Source: a virus. Taken from it: a stretch of 64,000 bases of DNA. Numbering within the stretch: position 1 is the first letter of the stretch; every line of letters begins with the position of its first letter. Positions 17,197-25,898 of the stretch are shown piece after piece. The stretch lies in IMG/VR virus record IMGVR_UViG_3300018877_000002, one strand, 5' to 3'. The position numbers were made by a program, and so were the translations under genes. The notes below the pieces were generated by a model. The model made no database searches, had not been told where the DNA came from, and saw only the letters and a program-made list of their open reading frames with translations.

Positions 17197-17466
17197 ATGG
17201 CACTTAAACCATCAGATATTATTCAAAAATTAAATAAGGAATATGAGGATATGGCAAATACCATTGAACGCTATATTGACCAAGAGTTAGAGAAACGTTA
17301 CATTGGTGGCTCAATTCATATCAGCATGAGTGCATTTCCTGACATTCCACCAAAGGTGCAAGAGAAGTTGGAAAAACTTTATCTGGACAATGAATGGAAG
17401 GTTGCTGAGTTTAAATATAGTTTCCAATATAACGAAACATACTGCTATTTCCATTTGTCTAGTTGA
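17197..17466 (+). CDS. hypothetical protein
   Basis: ATG behind AAAGGAGTG. Confidence 0.5.
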   Translation: MALKPSDIIQKLNKEYEDMANTIERYIDQELEKRYIGGSIHISMSAFPDIPPKVQEKLEKLYLDNEWKVAEFKYSFQYNETYCYFHLSS

Positions 17467-17491
17467 CAGATGCTAGACTCCGAGGTATAAT
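17463..17491 (+). promoter_or_regulatory. consensus sigma-A promoter
   Basis: TTGACA, 17 nt, TATAAT. Confidence 0.65.
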
Positions 17492-17510
17492 ATAGAAAAT
17501 ATATTGAGGA

Positions 17511-17702
17511 GTGTTAAATATGGAAACTTGGGGAGAGGTCAAAAAAGGGATCACTATTCTTTCACAGGAGAAGAAAGACCTGATTGAAAAAATAGCAAGC
17601 CTTGACGCAGAAGGCAAGTACGAAGAAGCAACGGCAATTCTCAAAGAGTTGGGTATCGAAAAAGAGTTTGCTAACATTCGTATGCTTCCTGACAGCAGAT
17701 GA
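17511..17702 (+). CDS. hypothetical protein
   Basis: Open frame behind GAGGAG. Confidence 0.45.
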   Translation: MLNMETWGEVKKGITILSQEKKDLIEKIASLDAEGKYEEATAILKELGIEKEFANIRMLPDSR

Positions 17703-17721
17703 AACAACCAGTAATTACCAC

Positions 17722-17750
17722 TTGTGCATTTCTGCTCATTGGGGTATAAT
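17722..17750 (+). promoter_or_regulatory. promoter-like element upstream of the SASP gene
   Basis: TTGTGC, 17 nt, TATAAT. Which sigma factor reads it cannot be decided by eye. Confidence 0.4.
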
Positions 17751-17782
17751 AGACTTATCCCCACCGAAGGGAGTTGACCACT

Positions 17783-17971
17783 ATGGCAAAGAGACTGCGA
17801 AGCATCCAATACCTGTACGATCAAATGAAGATAGAAGTGGCTCAGGAGATGGGTATTCAATTGGGCGCTAACACCTCTTCTCGTTTGAATGGAGTAGTTG
17901 GAGGAGAAGTCACTAAGCGCATGGTGGCAATCGCTGAGGCAGGGTTAATGGATGTCGCAAGAAGCTTATAG
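17783..17971 (+). CDS. ssp: alpha/beta-type small acid-soluble spore protein (SASP)
   Basis: [34 protein letters not shown] matches the two conserved alpha/beta SASP blocks (K.E.A.E.G..L and NG.VGGE.TKR.V). ATG at 17783 behind GAAGGGAG. Confidence 0.8.
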   Translation: MAKRLRSIQYLYDQMKIEVAQEMGIQLGANTSSRLNGVVGGEVTKRMVAIAEAGLMDVARSL

Positions 17972-18011
17972 ACATCCTAAAATATTAAAGGGACAGCAGT
18001 ATTCCAATAAA

Positions 18012-18052
18012 AATAACCCCACTAGAGTTGTTATGCTAGTGGGGTTATTTTT
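18012..18052. terminator. bidirectional terminator at the convergence of the + and - blocks
   Basis: 14-bp stem AATAACCCCACTAG / CTAGTGGGGTTATT flanked by A and T runs. Confidence 0.75.
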
Positions 18053-18086
18053 GTAAGCTAGACAAGAAGACGATTTTATCCTACCC

Positions 18087-18395
18087 TTATTTTATACTTG
18101 GCAATTCAGGAAGATCATCCACTTGATGAGCCTCATCAATCATTGGATCATCTAGGGGCTGAGAAAATTTCATTTCTGGCAAAGCTGGTAAATTAGGTTC
18201 TGCTGGCATTTGTGGTATATTTGAACCACCTCCGCTAAATGTACTCCATACACCTCCACCAATAAGAATGAAAGTGATGATGTTTACAATATTTCCATAC
18301 ATAGTAGGATCGACTTCTACATACCTAGAAATAATTTGGTAAATCAAGCTAGCTACAGCCGCTAAGAAGATTGGGTTTTTCAATCTCTCTAACAT
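18087..18395 (-). CDS. holin (phage_holin_1-like)
   Basis: N-terminus LERLKNPIFLAAVASLIYQII plus a second TM segment. Lies immediately downstream of the endolysin. Confidence 0.6.
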   Translation of the reverse strand: MLERLKNPIFLAAVASLIYQIISRYVEVDPTMYGNIVNIITFILIGGGVWSTFSGGGSNIPQMPAEPNLPALPEMKFSQPLDDPMIDEAHQVDDLPELPSIK

Positions 18396-18397
18396 TA

Positions 18398-19858
18398 TTA
18401 TACGCCTCCTTTTAGTTTATTTGCCATATTGATAATTAACTGAGCAACCCATTTTCCCTCTGGAGTCTGACCTTCTCTGGCATAAGTCATCCAATAATCA
18501 GGGCTTGCAATTACTTGATTTTCTTGCAACACTTTAAGAGCAATAGCAATCTCATCAATTTGAAATTTCAAAAGGTCATTATAAATTTTTAGGATAAGAT
18601 CAGAATATCTAGAATTCATAGCCCAACGATTATTTAAATCCTCCCAATAGGGTGCTATGCCACGTTGAACATATTTAAATCTTGGATCAATAATCAATTC
18701 GTTAAATGGTAGCGGCTGTGCATTAGCATAAGCAAACAAATGCTGGATATGAGCTGTTATACCTTTTTCAATTGTCTCAAATGAAACCCCTATCTCACCT
18801 TTAGATGTCACTCCTAATCCGCAATAGTTGTGCTGTTCAGGCTTTACGGCAGTTCCGTCAGAAAATTTAAACCAACCAGTTTCCACAATTGCCTGACAAA
18901 AGGCGATATCTGAACGAATACCATATTTAGCACCTATAAGAGCATAAGCCTCAGCAATTTTGTAATCAAAAGAAGGATTTTTCTGTCTTGCAAAACAAGC
19001 CATTTGATAAGCACTTGCAATCGAATTTCCCATAATAGGAGTTTTTACGATAAGATGACTTGCGGGGTTTTCGTCTTGGTGTAGATGGAATGTATACTTG
19101 TACCCCTCTGGAGTTATCATGATAACATTTGCATTTCCATTATTATAGATATCCCACCCTGCTTTAACAGCGTTATCTTTTACGCTGTAGGCTCCTACCT
19201 GTTTATTAGCCACCAAGAGCCTGTATAACGCCTTTTGCGACTTTTGTGATACAGGCTGAGGGGTAGAGTTAGGGGTAAGGTTAAAACCAGCACAAATTGC
19301 CCTGTAGTGATACATAGCGAGCTTGTCCCACTCATTTGCCTCATCAAATTTTGCAATGTCTTCTGCATTATCAATGAATGCACTTTCAGTAATAACAGCA
19401 GGGCAAATAGTCTCTCTGATTACTGCAAAAGTTTTATTGGTTGACTTAACACCACGATTCACAAGCCCCTCTTCTCGTGCTAAAATATCGACAAGGGATT
19501 GTGCTACTTTGCGACCAATGCCCTGACCATTATAATCAAGAGCTTCTACTCCGTGAGCAGAGCCATTGAATGCATTAAAATGAATAGAAACCATCAAATC
19601 TGCACCAAAAGCATTCGCAATACTCGCTCTCGCTTTCAGCTCTCCTAGTGTATCACCTTCAAGATGCTTTGGAGCATAATCACCTTCTCTTGTCATAACA
19701 ACAGAGAAGCGACCATCTGCAAGTAAGAGCTTCTTTAGACGAATTGCGACAGCTAGAGTAAGGTCTTTTTCTTTAAGACCTGTTATTTTGTTGACTGCTC
19801 CAGCATCATAGCCACCATGACCTGCGTCAATACAAATTTTAATTGTCATTTTTTCCAT
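18398..19858 (-). CDS. endolysin: N-acetylmuramoyl-L-alanine amidase (Amidase_3) plus glucosaminidase domain
   Basis: IKICIDAGHGGYDAGAV...SIHFNA for Amidase_3. C-terminal FCQAIVETGWF...HNYCGLGV for the glucosaminidase. Confidence 0.85.
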   Translation of the reverse strand: MEKMTIKICIDAGHGGYDAGAVNKITGLKEKDLTLAVAIRLKKLLLADGRFSVVMTREGDYAPKHLEGDTLGELKARASIANAFGADLMVSIHFNAFNGSAHGVEALDYNGQGIGRKVAQSLVDILAREEGLVNRGVKSTNKTFAVIRETICPAVITESAFIDNAEDIAKFDEANEWDKLAMYHYRAICAGFNLTPNSTPQPVSQKSQKALYRLLVANKQVGAYSVKDNAVKAGWDIYNNGNANVIMITPEGYKYTFHLHQDENPASHLIVKTPIMGNSIASAYQMACFARQKNPSFDYKIAEAYALIGAKYGIRSDIAFCQAIVETGWFKFSDGTAVKPEQHNYCGLGVTSKGEIGVSFETIEKGITAHIQHLFAYANAQPLPFNELIIDPRFKYVQRGIAPYWEDLNNRWAMNSRYSDLILKIYNDLLKFQIDEIAIALKVLQENQVIASPDYWMTYAREGQTPEGKWVAQLIINMANKLKGGV

Positions 19859-20258
19859 CCTCCTTTACTCCGTATTTTCTTTCTAATTCGTTAATACGAA
19901 TAATCAACCCTTTGTTTTCTTCCTCTAGTGCTTGATATTTAGCTTTCCACTCTGCGTCTAGGGCATAATATTTCTTTTCCCATTCTTCCAGCTTCTGTTC
20001 TAAAGCTACGTTTCGTTTCTGCTCTAACAGAAACGATTCCTTTAGAATTCTCAACTCTTCTCGCAATTCATCATTCATTTCATTTTGCCTTTCCATGAAT
20101 TTGTCTTGCTCTTTAGCTAGTTGAGCTTGACGCTGAACAATAAGCTGATTATCAATTCTTTTTTTTGCTACAAGATAACCATAAAATCCAGTAATTAATG
20201 AAGTTACACCAACAACCACAGGCTCAGTGACTAGACTCGCCCAATCCATTAAAGTCAC
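19839..20258 (-). CDS. BhlA/UviB-like membrane-anchored coiled-coil protein (holin-like)
   Basis: One N-terminal TM segment followed by a long charged heptad region. Directly upstream of the endolysin. Confidence 0.45.
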   Translation of the reverse strand: MTLMDWASLVTEPVVVGVTSLITGFYGYLVAKKRIDNQLIVQRQAQLAKEQDKFMERQNEMNDELREELRILKESFLLEQKRNVALEQKLEEWEKKYYALDAEWKAKYQALEEENKGLIIRINELERKYGVKEDGKNDN

Positions 20259-20311
20259 CTCTTTTCATTTTAGTAGTATTTTATCTAACCACTCACTCAT
20301 TTATAGTTAGA

Positions 20312-20343
20312 TTATAAGAAAAGGGCAAGTTTTCTTGCCCTTT
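20312..20343 (-). terminator. rho-independent terminator
   Basis: AAGGGCAAG / CTTGCCCTT stem. On the minus strand it is followed by TTTTCTT. Confidence 0.65.
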
Positions 20344-20719
20344 AATTAACAGTGATAGGGGTATTCTCAATACCACGAACAAGTTTGACCTGAGTTGAAC
20401 TTTCGTACTTTATCCTAGATAAGAAAAGGTCTATTGCTACCTGTGGGTCAACTGTCTCACCACATGTGTAGCAATCTACAAGCATATCTCCACTTTCTAT
20501 ATCGTATCTACATGAGAAGTGACTTTCAGAAAGCAAAATAGAGAAAATAGTGATATATCTTCCATCTCTATTTTCATATGTATTAACTTCGCGACTGAGA
20601 ATAGTAGCACCAGCCTTCCGAACAGCTTGCACAGCATAGAGCATTAACCCCATGCTAGACTTTACACCTTTGATATCAACGATTACTTGCCGTCCATATG
20701 TTGAGTATTCTTGTTTCAA
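20342..20719 (-). CDS. speD: SpeD/AdoMetDC-fold pyruvoyl-dependent decarboxylase homolog
   Basis: GRQVIVDIKG, LLSESHFS (ES self-cleavage site) and VDCYTCGETVDP align by eye with Bacillus SpeD (GRHVISELWG, IISESHLT, IDVYTCGDLDP). Confidence 0.75.
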   Translation of the reverse strand: MKQEYSTYGRQVIVDIKGVKSSMGLMLYAVQAVRKAGATILSREVNTYENRDGRYITIFSILLSESHFSCRYDIESGDMLVDCYTCGETVDPQVAIDLFLSRIKYESSTQVKLVRGIENTPITVN

Positions 20720-20765
20720 TCTTTGTCATCTCCTTTGTTTATACACTTTGCACTTGGACGGCTAT

Positions 20766-20794
20766 ATTATAACATATTTTTACTGAAATGTCAA
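20766..20794 (-). promoter_or_regulatory. perfect consensus sigma-A promoter for the SpeD-like gene
   Basis: Minus strand reads TTGACA, 17 nt, TATAAT. Confidence 0.7.
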
Positions 20795-20804
20795 GTAGAT
20801 TATT

Positions 20805-20842
20805 AAAATAAAAAATGAGCCGCCTACTAAAAAGCGGCTCAT
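20805..20842 (-). terminator. rho-independent terminator
   Basis: ATGAGCCGC / GCGGCTCAT stem, then a T run on the minus strand. Confidence 0.65.
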
Positions 20843-20850
20843 TTAAAATT

Positions 20851-21270
20851 TTAGATTACATAAGACATAACTTCATCATATTCTTGCTGACTTAGCCAAC
20901 CATTAGCAAATGCTGTATTGATTTGACTTTCTGTAAGAAGTCTTGCTATAGACTGCTCGATAGTAGAATAAAAACCAGCTCTCACTCCGTCAAATCCATC
21001 ACGCTTGGTCAATCTATTTCTGCCATAAAGTGCGACCATGTAAGCCATAGTATCAGCATATTCATTATTTAAAAGCCAAGTCTTGGTTAATGCTCCTTCA
21101 ATTACACTTGCGTAAAAATTTAACGCCGCGTATTGTTTTACTGGCTCATGATATTCAAGTGGTATCCCTGAATATCCGTCACGTGCAGTAAATCGCTGTG
21201 TACCTTGACAATAAATTGTATTTGCGTAATTAGAAGTCATAAAAGAATAAATATCTGGTGTAATAGCCAA
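20851..21270 (-). CDS. hypothetical protein (tail-fibre accessory position)
   Basis: Open frame with an internal duplication (T/K)RDG(Y/F).G(I/V). Confidence 0.45.
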   Translation of the reverse strand: MAITPDIYSFMTSNYANTIYCQGTQRFTARDGYSGIPLEYHEPVKQYAALNFYASVIEGALTKTWLLNNEYADTMAYMVALYGRNRLTKRDGFDGVRAGFYSTIEQSIARLLTESQINTAFANGWLSQQEYDEVMSYVI

Positions 21271-21283
21271 TTTGATTCCCCCT

Positions 21284-21730
21284 TTAAATAATTCCTTTTT
21301 GTGCTAAGTATATAATCAATCCATCAACCGTATCTGATAGTGATTTGTTTGATGATTCTAAACTTTCGTTTTGTCCTGAAACCTCTGCAAACTTAGTATC
21401 TAACTCAACTTTTTCAGATTCTAATATTGAAACTCTTTCAATGAGTTGTTGTACTAATTGTTCTGCTGTTAGTGGAATATCCTCTACTTCATACCACATG
21501 TTAACATTTGTCTGCACAACGTTATAATCCACAGGGTAAGAGATTGTTGATGGGTCTACGAAAAGACCTGTTACACGTTTACCTTCCTCGAAGTCAGGCT
21601 CTGACGGAAGCGAATCAACGATTACTCCACCTTGCATTTCTTCCAGTGTTAGCATTTCAGGATAATTGTGGTAAAATGTCACTTTGAATTTTCCAGTTTC
21701 TACTTCACTCCAACGAATAAATACTGCCAT
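21284..21730 (-). CDS. hypothetical protein (tail-fibre accessory position)
   Basis: Open frame with a C-terminal coiled coil. Confidence 0.45.
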   Translation of the reverse strand: MAVFIRWSEVETGKFKVTFYHNYPEMLTLEEMQGGVIVDSLPSEPDFEEGKRVTGLFVDPSTISYPVDYNVVQTNVNMWYEVEDIPLTAEQLVQQLIERVSILESEKVELDTKFAEVSGQNESLESSNKSLSDTVDGLIIYLAQKGII

Positions 21731-21761
21731 AACTTAATACACTCTCCTTTTGTATGTATAT

Positions 21762-23240
21762 CTAGCCAGAAATTTGTATTTTCTCAAACACTCTTTTTGT
21801 AAAATATGAAGAAGCATAATAGCATCCTTCAACACTGTCGTAATAAAGGGCATTTGGAAAATCGCTTCCACCCCCACCTAATACGTCGCCAAATAGACCA
21901 GGGGTATGCCAGATTAAATTTCCCGCACTATTCAACTTGTATAGCGCACCAGTTCCATTATCAGACGCAGAAAAAACAACATCATTATTTGAAAAGACTT
22001 GCACAGGCCCAAACCAGTTTGCTCCAGTTGACGGACTATATTGCCATAACTTATTGAAATTTGCATCATATTTACCGCCTTGGAAATACAACGCGCCATC
22101 ATTGTAGATGCCAATAGACTTATTGCGTGAGTTGATAATTTTATTAGTCCATACGTCTGCCCCATTAGAGGTAAGGACTTTTTTAATGTAATTAGTGGAG
22201 CCGTTGGGCGTATTGTATTCAATGTATGCGTAAGTTCCTGTAGCTTTTTCAACAGCTATATACGCTCCATCATACCCACTAGGGATAGTCGTCGTGTTAG
22301 CCCAAACAATAGACAAGCTTGATGCATCTATTTTATAAGTCGAATCTAGTCCGACAACGTATATGTAGCCCCCTGCAATATCCATATCAGAGGGAGCAGA
22401 TAGTATAGTTTCTTTGACTTTCGTTCCTGTTGTAGCGTCCCATTTTTGAATATTGCTTGATCCACTGTTGATGATTATGATATAAATATCATTTCCAATA
22501 ATTATCATTTTTGAATTTGTAGTTATAGGATAGAACGAAAATGATGCTATCAACGCTCCTTTTTTAGTATATTTTCGTAAATAGCCGTCGAGCCAACACA
22601 TCCAAACGTAGCCAGAAGCGTCAACGCCTACTGCTGTGACATTATAGCTTCCTCGTGTTGGAAGCTGATCGAATGACACCATAGGCGGGCGATCCAATCC
22701 AAGGTTTTGATAAGTGATTGTGTCGCCTATCTTGTACTTGCCTACCTGAATCGAATTAACTCCATCTGCAAGCTGTTGAAATGTATAGGGAGCAGTTCCA
22801 GATACCGTGCCCCCTTTTCCAGTAATGGCGGTAGCTACTTGTGCCTTCCCACTACTTACAGAGCTGAAAAGCGTATCGTAATCACGTTGGTCAAGAATTT
22901 TTCTCCAAGGACTCCACGTTCCGCTAGCTTTTTGTCGTTCATACTTAGCTCCACCAGCGAAATCCCACATTGTTTGAGTAACCCAATTAGTCCCATTCGC
23001 ACTATGATTATGGACTACGCAATAACGCCAAGTATGATTCGTTTCACTAGGACATGCATTTGTCATATTTTGGCCATCATAAAATCCATTGGTTATAACA
23101 TTGTTCCAATCTCCAACGCTTGTAACGTTTTGTGTTCCTTTGATTGCATAATAAGAAGGTAACTGACCTCCTAGCTTGTCTGCATTAGCGGCATCAATTT
23201 CGATCCAAGTCCCATTTTTTAAAATTTTTCCCTTTGCCAT
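21762..23240 (-). CDS. tail fibre / receptor-binding protein with repeat-rich C-terminal half
   Basis: Start at the ATG at 23240 behind GAAAAGGAGGG. N-terminus MAKGKILKNGTWIEIDAANADKLGG is typical of fibre proteins. The C-terminus has repeated beta-strand-rich units. Confidence 0.55.
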   Translation of the reverse strand: MAKGKILKNGTWIEIDAANADKLGGQLPSYYAIKGTQNVTSVGDWNNVITNGFYDGQNMTNACPSETNHTWRYCVVHNHSANGTNWVTQTMWDFAGGAKYERQKASGTWSPWRKILDQRDYDTLFSSVSSGKAQVATAITGKGGTVSGTAPYTFQQLADGVNSIQVGKYKIGDTITYQNLGLDRPPMVSFDQLPTRGSYNVTAVGVDASGYVWMCWLDGYLRKYTKKGALIASFSFYPITTNSKMIIIGNDIYIIIINSGSSNIQKWDATTGTKVKETILSAPSDMDIAGGYIYVVGLDSTYKIDASSLSIVWANTTTIPSGYDGAYIAVEKATGTYAYIEYNTPNGSTNYIKKVLTSNGADVWTNKIINSRNKSIGIYNDGALYFQGGKYDANFNKLWQYSPSTGANWFGPVQVFSNNDVVFSASDNGTGALYKLNSAGNLIWHTPGLFGDVLGGGGSDFPNALYYDSVEGCYYASSYFTKRVFEKIQISG

Positions 23241-23256
23241 ACTTTTTCCCTCCTTT

Positions 23257-25227
23257 TCAATTGGTATCAAACCAAATATCATTCTCTTTTGGAGAAGATG
23301 GTGGAACAGCTCCTACTGTGATCTTTATTCCATTTATAAATTCGGAGTTAAGATTTGGAATCATTGTTTTTGATGTTATGACAAATGGGGCAGTACCATC
23401 AGCAACTGTAGAGGTAATTGTTCCAATAAATGTGGCATTATTAGAGCTATCAGATAATATATTATTTTTTGCATAAATCTTGCCATCGCCAACTACTGAT
23501 AATTGTAAATTTCCATTTTCAATTTCATTCTGAATATTGAATGTAGTACTGCCGTTACTAGTAAATCCAATGACTCCACTTCTGGTCATAGGTGAAGAAG
23601 CTCTAGCGAATAGACCAATATACACATGATCGTTTTCTCCATTAGCTTTTAAGTTTAAAGCATCAGCACCATTTAGAACACTTAAATTCTTTTCAATTGT
23701 TATGTTACCAGAAGAGCTAATGTGCATCCTTGTAGCTGGAGCTATTTCATCTGTTTCATCTGTTATCTGCAAGCTACCTGAGTTATTAGAATAAATACCA
23801 TATTTCCTACCAGTTGTAGCGGTTGTATTATTAAGAATAACCCCTGAAGCCCATCCAGAGCTTTCTCCTTCTAAGATTAAACCCGCTGTATTGGTTGCTT
23901 GTGTTACTTTAATCTGTCCAGTTAACACAAACCCACCATTGCTGTTTAGCTTTAGCAACTGATTTGCGTCAGTTCCAGCATTTACATCAATCGTTGGATT
24001 TTGAGCGGTTCCACCAACAATCACGTTGGGACTTGCCGCACTAACTCCTTGTACAGTGCCCATTCCATCAGCACCCTTGGATGCTACGAGTTGCCATAGA
24101 GGGCTAGTGTCAGGTTGATTCCCTAAGTTATCATCTGCTAAAGATTGATAGGTAGAACCATTGTAAAGAACAGTGTTCCTATTTGTGTAAGACACTGTGG
24201 AATCCCAAGTCCCTCTACTTACAAAGTTTGTTGTAATGAGATTAACTTCCGCTACAGCATTATTAGCCGCTGTCGTTGCTGTGATAGCATCATTGGTAGC
24301 TACAATGGCGTTATCTCTGGCTGTATTAGCCGCTATTGTTGCGGCATTAGCATTGGAAGTAGCTAAATCAGCCGCCTCTCTTGAGGCATTAGCCGCCGTT
24401 GTTGCTGTAATAGCGTTGTTAGTGGCTGTAACAGCTTCATTGGTCGCTGTTATAGCCTGATTAGTGGCTGTAACAGCCGCCTCGATTGTAGAGCTTGCGT
24501 CAAAAGATAATCTCCAATACAAGGTGTCCTCTAAAGGTGTTCCAATAGATGCATCTGCAATGCAGATGTATACCTTGTTATTGTAATGAACACTATTACC
24601 CTTTTTATAGGCTATTGACTCTGACCATTCCCCTTTAAATTCTAAATTAAGAATCGCATTATTGGTTGCTATAGTTGCTGTAATAGCATTTTCCGTTGCA
24701 ATAATAGCATTATCCTTGGCGACATTGGCAGAGTCAGCCGCATTATTGGCAGTTGTAGCCGCTGTATTTGCATTGGCTATTGCTATATTAGCTTGCTCAA
24801 TAGTTTGAGTTAACTGATTATTAGCTTCAATTGCCGTCTGCCCATTATCAATAATTTCTTGGATAGTAGTTACAATGTTATTTCCATCTTTTGTGTAAAT
24901 TCTTTCTGCTGGATAAAGTAAAATGCCTCTACCTTTATATGATTTAACAACAACTGTTTTACCTTCTTGCGAAGGGTCAAAGGTAATAATTCCATTTTGA
25001 TAATTGACAATAAATTTACTTGGGGAAACTGATTCTTTAGAAGGATCAAATATCTCTATGTAATCTTGAATAAAAACTCTTTCAAATTCATCTGGAACTT
25101 CTTGAAGCAGTATAGTTCCATTTAATATTTTATATGATTCATTTACCCTATCAGAAAAGGGATCATCCTCTGTTCCTGCCCTCCATGCAATAATCAATGG
25201 GTCATTATAAGTGAACACATTTATCAC
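23257..25227 (-). CDS. tail fibre protein with Ala/Thr/Asn coiled-coil repeats
   Basis: Two blocks of NAITAT-type heptads, each followed by a CBM5/12-like W..Y....V.YNG..Y....W.L motif. Confidence 0.65.
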   Translation of the reverse strand: MINVFTYNDPLIIAWRAGTEDDPFSDRVNESYKILNGTILLQEVPDEFERVFIQDYIEIFDPSKESVSPSKFIVNYQNGIITFDPSQEGKTVVVKSYKGRGILLYPAERIYTKDGNNIVTTIQEIIDNGQTAIEANNQLTQTIEQANIAIANANTAATTANNAADSANVAKDNAIIATENAITATIATNNAILNLEFKGEWSESIAYKKGNSVHYNNKVYICIADASIGTPLEDTLYWRLSFDASSTIEAAVTATNQAITATNEAVTATNNAITATTAANASREAADLATSNANAATIAANTARDNAIVATNDAITATTAANNAVAEVNLITTNFVSRGTWDSTVSYTNRNTVLYNGSTYQSLADDNLGNQPDTSPLWQLVASKGADGMGTVQGVSAASPNVIVGGTAQNPTIDVNAGTDANQLLKLNSNGGFVLTGQIKVTQATNTAGLILEGESSGWASGVILNNTTATTGRKYGIYSNNSGSLQITDETDEIAPATRMHISSSGNITIEKNLSVLNGADALNLKANGENDHVYIGLFARASSPMTRSGVIGFTSNGSTTFNIQNEIENGNLQLSVVGDGKIYAKNNILSDSSNNATFIGTITSTVADGTAPFVITSKTMIPNLNSEFINGIKITVGAVPPSSPKENDIWFDTN

Positions 25228-25274
25228 CCCTCAATTTTTATTATACCACATTGTAATTAAAATGTCAATACCAA

Positions 25275-25886
25275 TTACGAAATTGAATTTAACGAATCAC
25301 GCAATTGGTTCAATAAATATGCGTAAACAATTTGACCAGAAAATACTGGATTCGGAGGTAGAGTTGAAGGGTTCATGCTACTGATTGCACTTCTAGCTTC
25401 ATTAAACATTCCTGCTGTAAATTGCTCACCAGAGCTGACTCCAACATTATGACTCCAAGGATATCCAGAATTGAATTTGTAATAATAAAAATCATTAATT
25501 CTCTGAATGAAAGAAGCCCATTCGCTAGCTGTTAAGTTAAAGCTTCCTCCGCTTGTTTTTGCCGTAATCCATGACCAATTGCTAGGTCGTGGATTGCCCT
25601 TTGCTACTGCACTAGCAGGATTATTAGTCATTGGATACTCTGTTGCGGCTGGCGTGTATGTTGCATATCCATAAAAATCGTATGATTTATTTGGAGTTAG
25701 ATCATAAACACCAACAGAAGCTGACATGCTTCCAGTCGAAAATCCACTTGTAATTCGCCTAATAAACCCTGTATTATCATATACGTCCACTCTAAACCCG
25801 CTATAATCACTAGAAGGGTTAGATAGGTTGAGCGTCACAAAGACGCTCCCCACTGTTGCTCCTGTTACTGCTGAGATAGTCGCCAT
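25275..25886 (-). CDS. tail/baseplate-associated protein
   Basis: Assigned by position only. Confidence 0.35.
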   Translation of the reverse strand: MATISAVTGATVGSVFVTLNLSNPSSDYSGFRVDVYDNTGFIRRITSGFSTGSMSASVGVYDLTPNKSYDFYGYATYTPAATEYPMTNNPASAVAKGNPRPSNWSWITAKTSGGSFNLTASEWASFIQRINDFYYYKFNSGYPWSHNVGVSSGEQFTAGMFNEARSAISSMNPSTLPPNPVFSGQIVYAYLLNQLRDSLNSIS

Positions 25887-25898
25887 CTAAATCACCTC

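Noticed and set aside
17459-17871. ORFs 17459-17860 (-) and 17602-17871 (+) spanning the region before the SASP gene
   Set aside because: They overlap a consensus promoter, the 17511-17702 ORF and the SASP RBS. They have no start context of their own.
24145-24460. Plus-strand ORFs 24145-24366 and 24197-24460, the latter an Ala/Val-rich 'protein'
   Set aside because: They are the antisense reading of the Ala/Thr heptad repeats of the tail fibre gene, so they are a repeat artefact. For the same reason this periodic DNA is not a CRISPR array: there are no unique spacers and it is fully coding.
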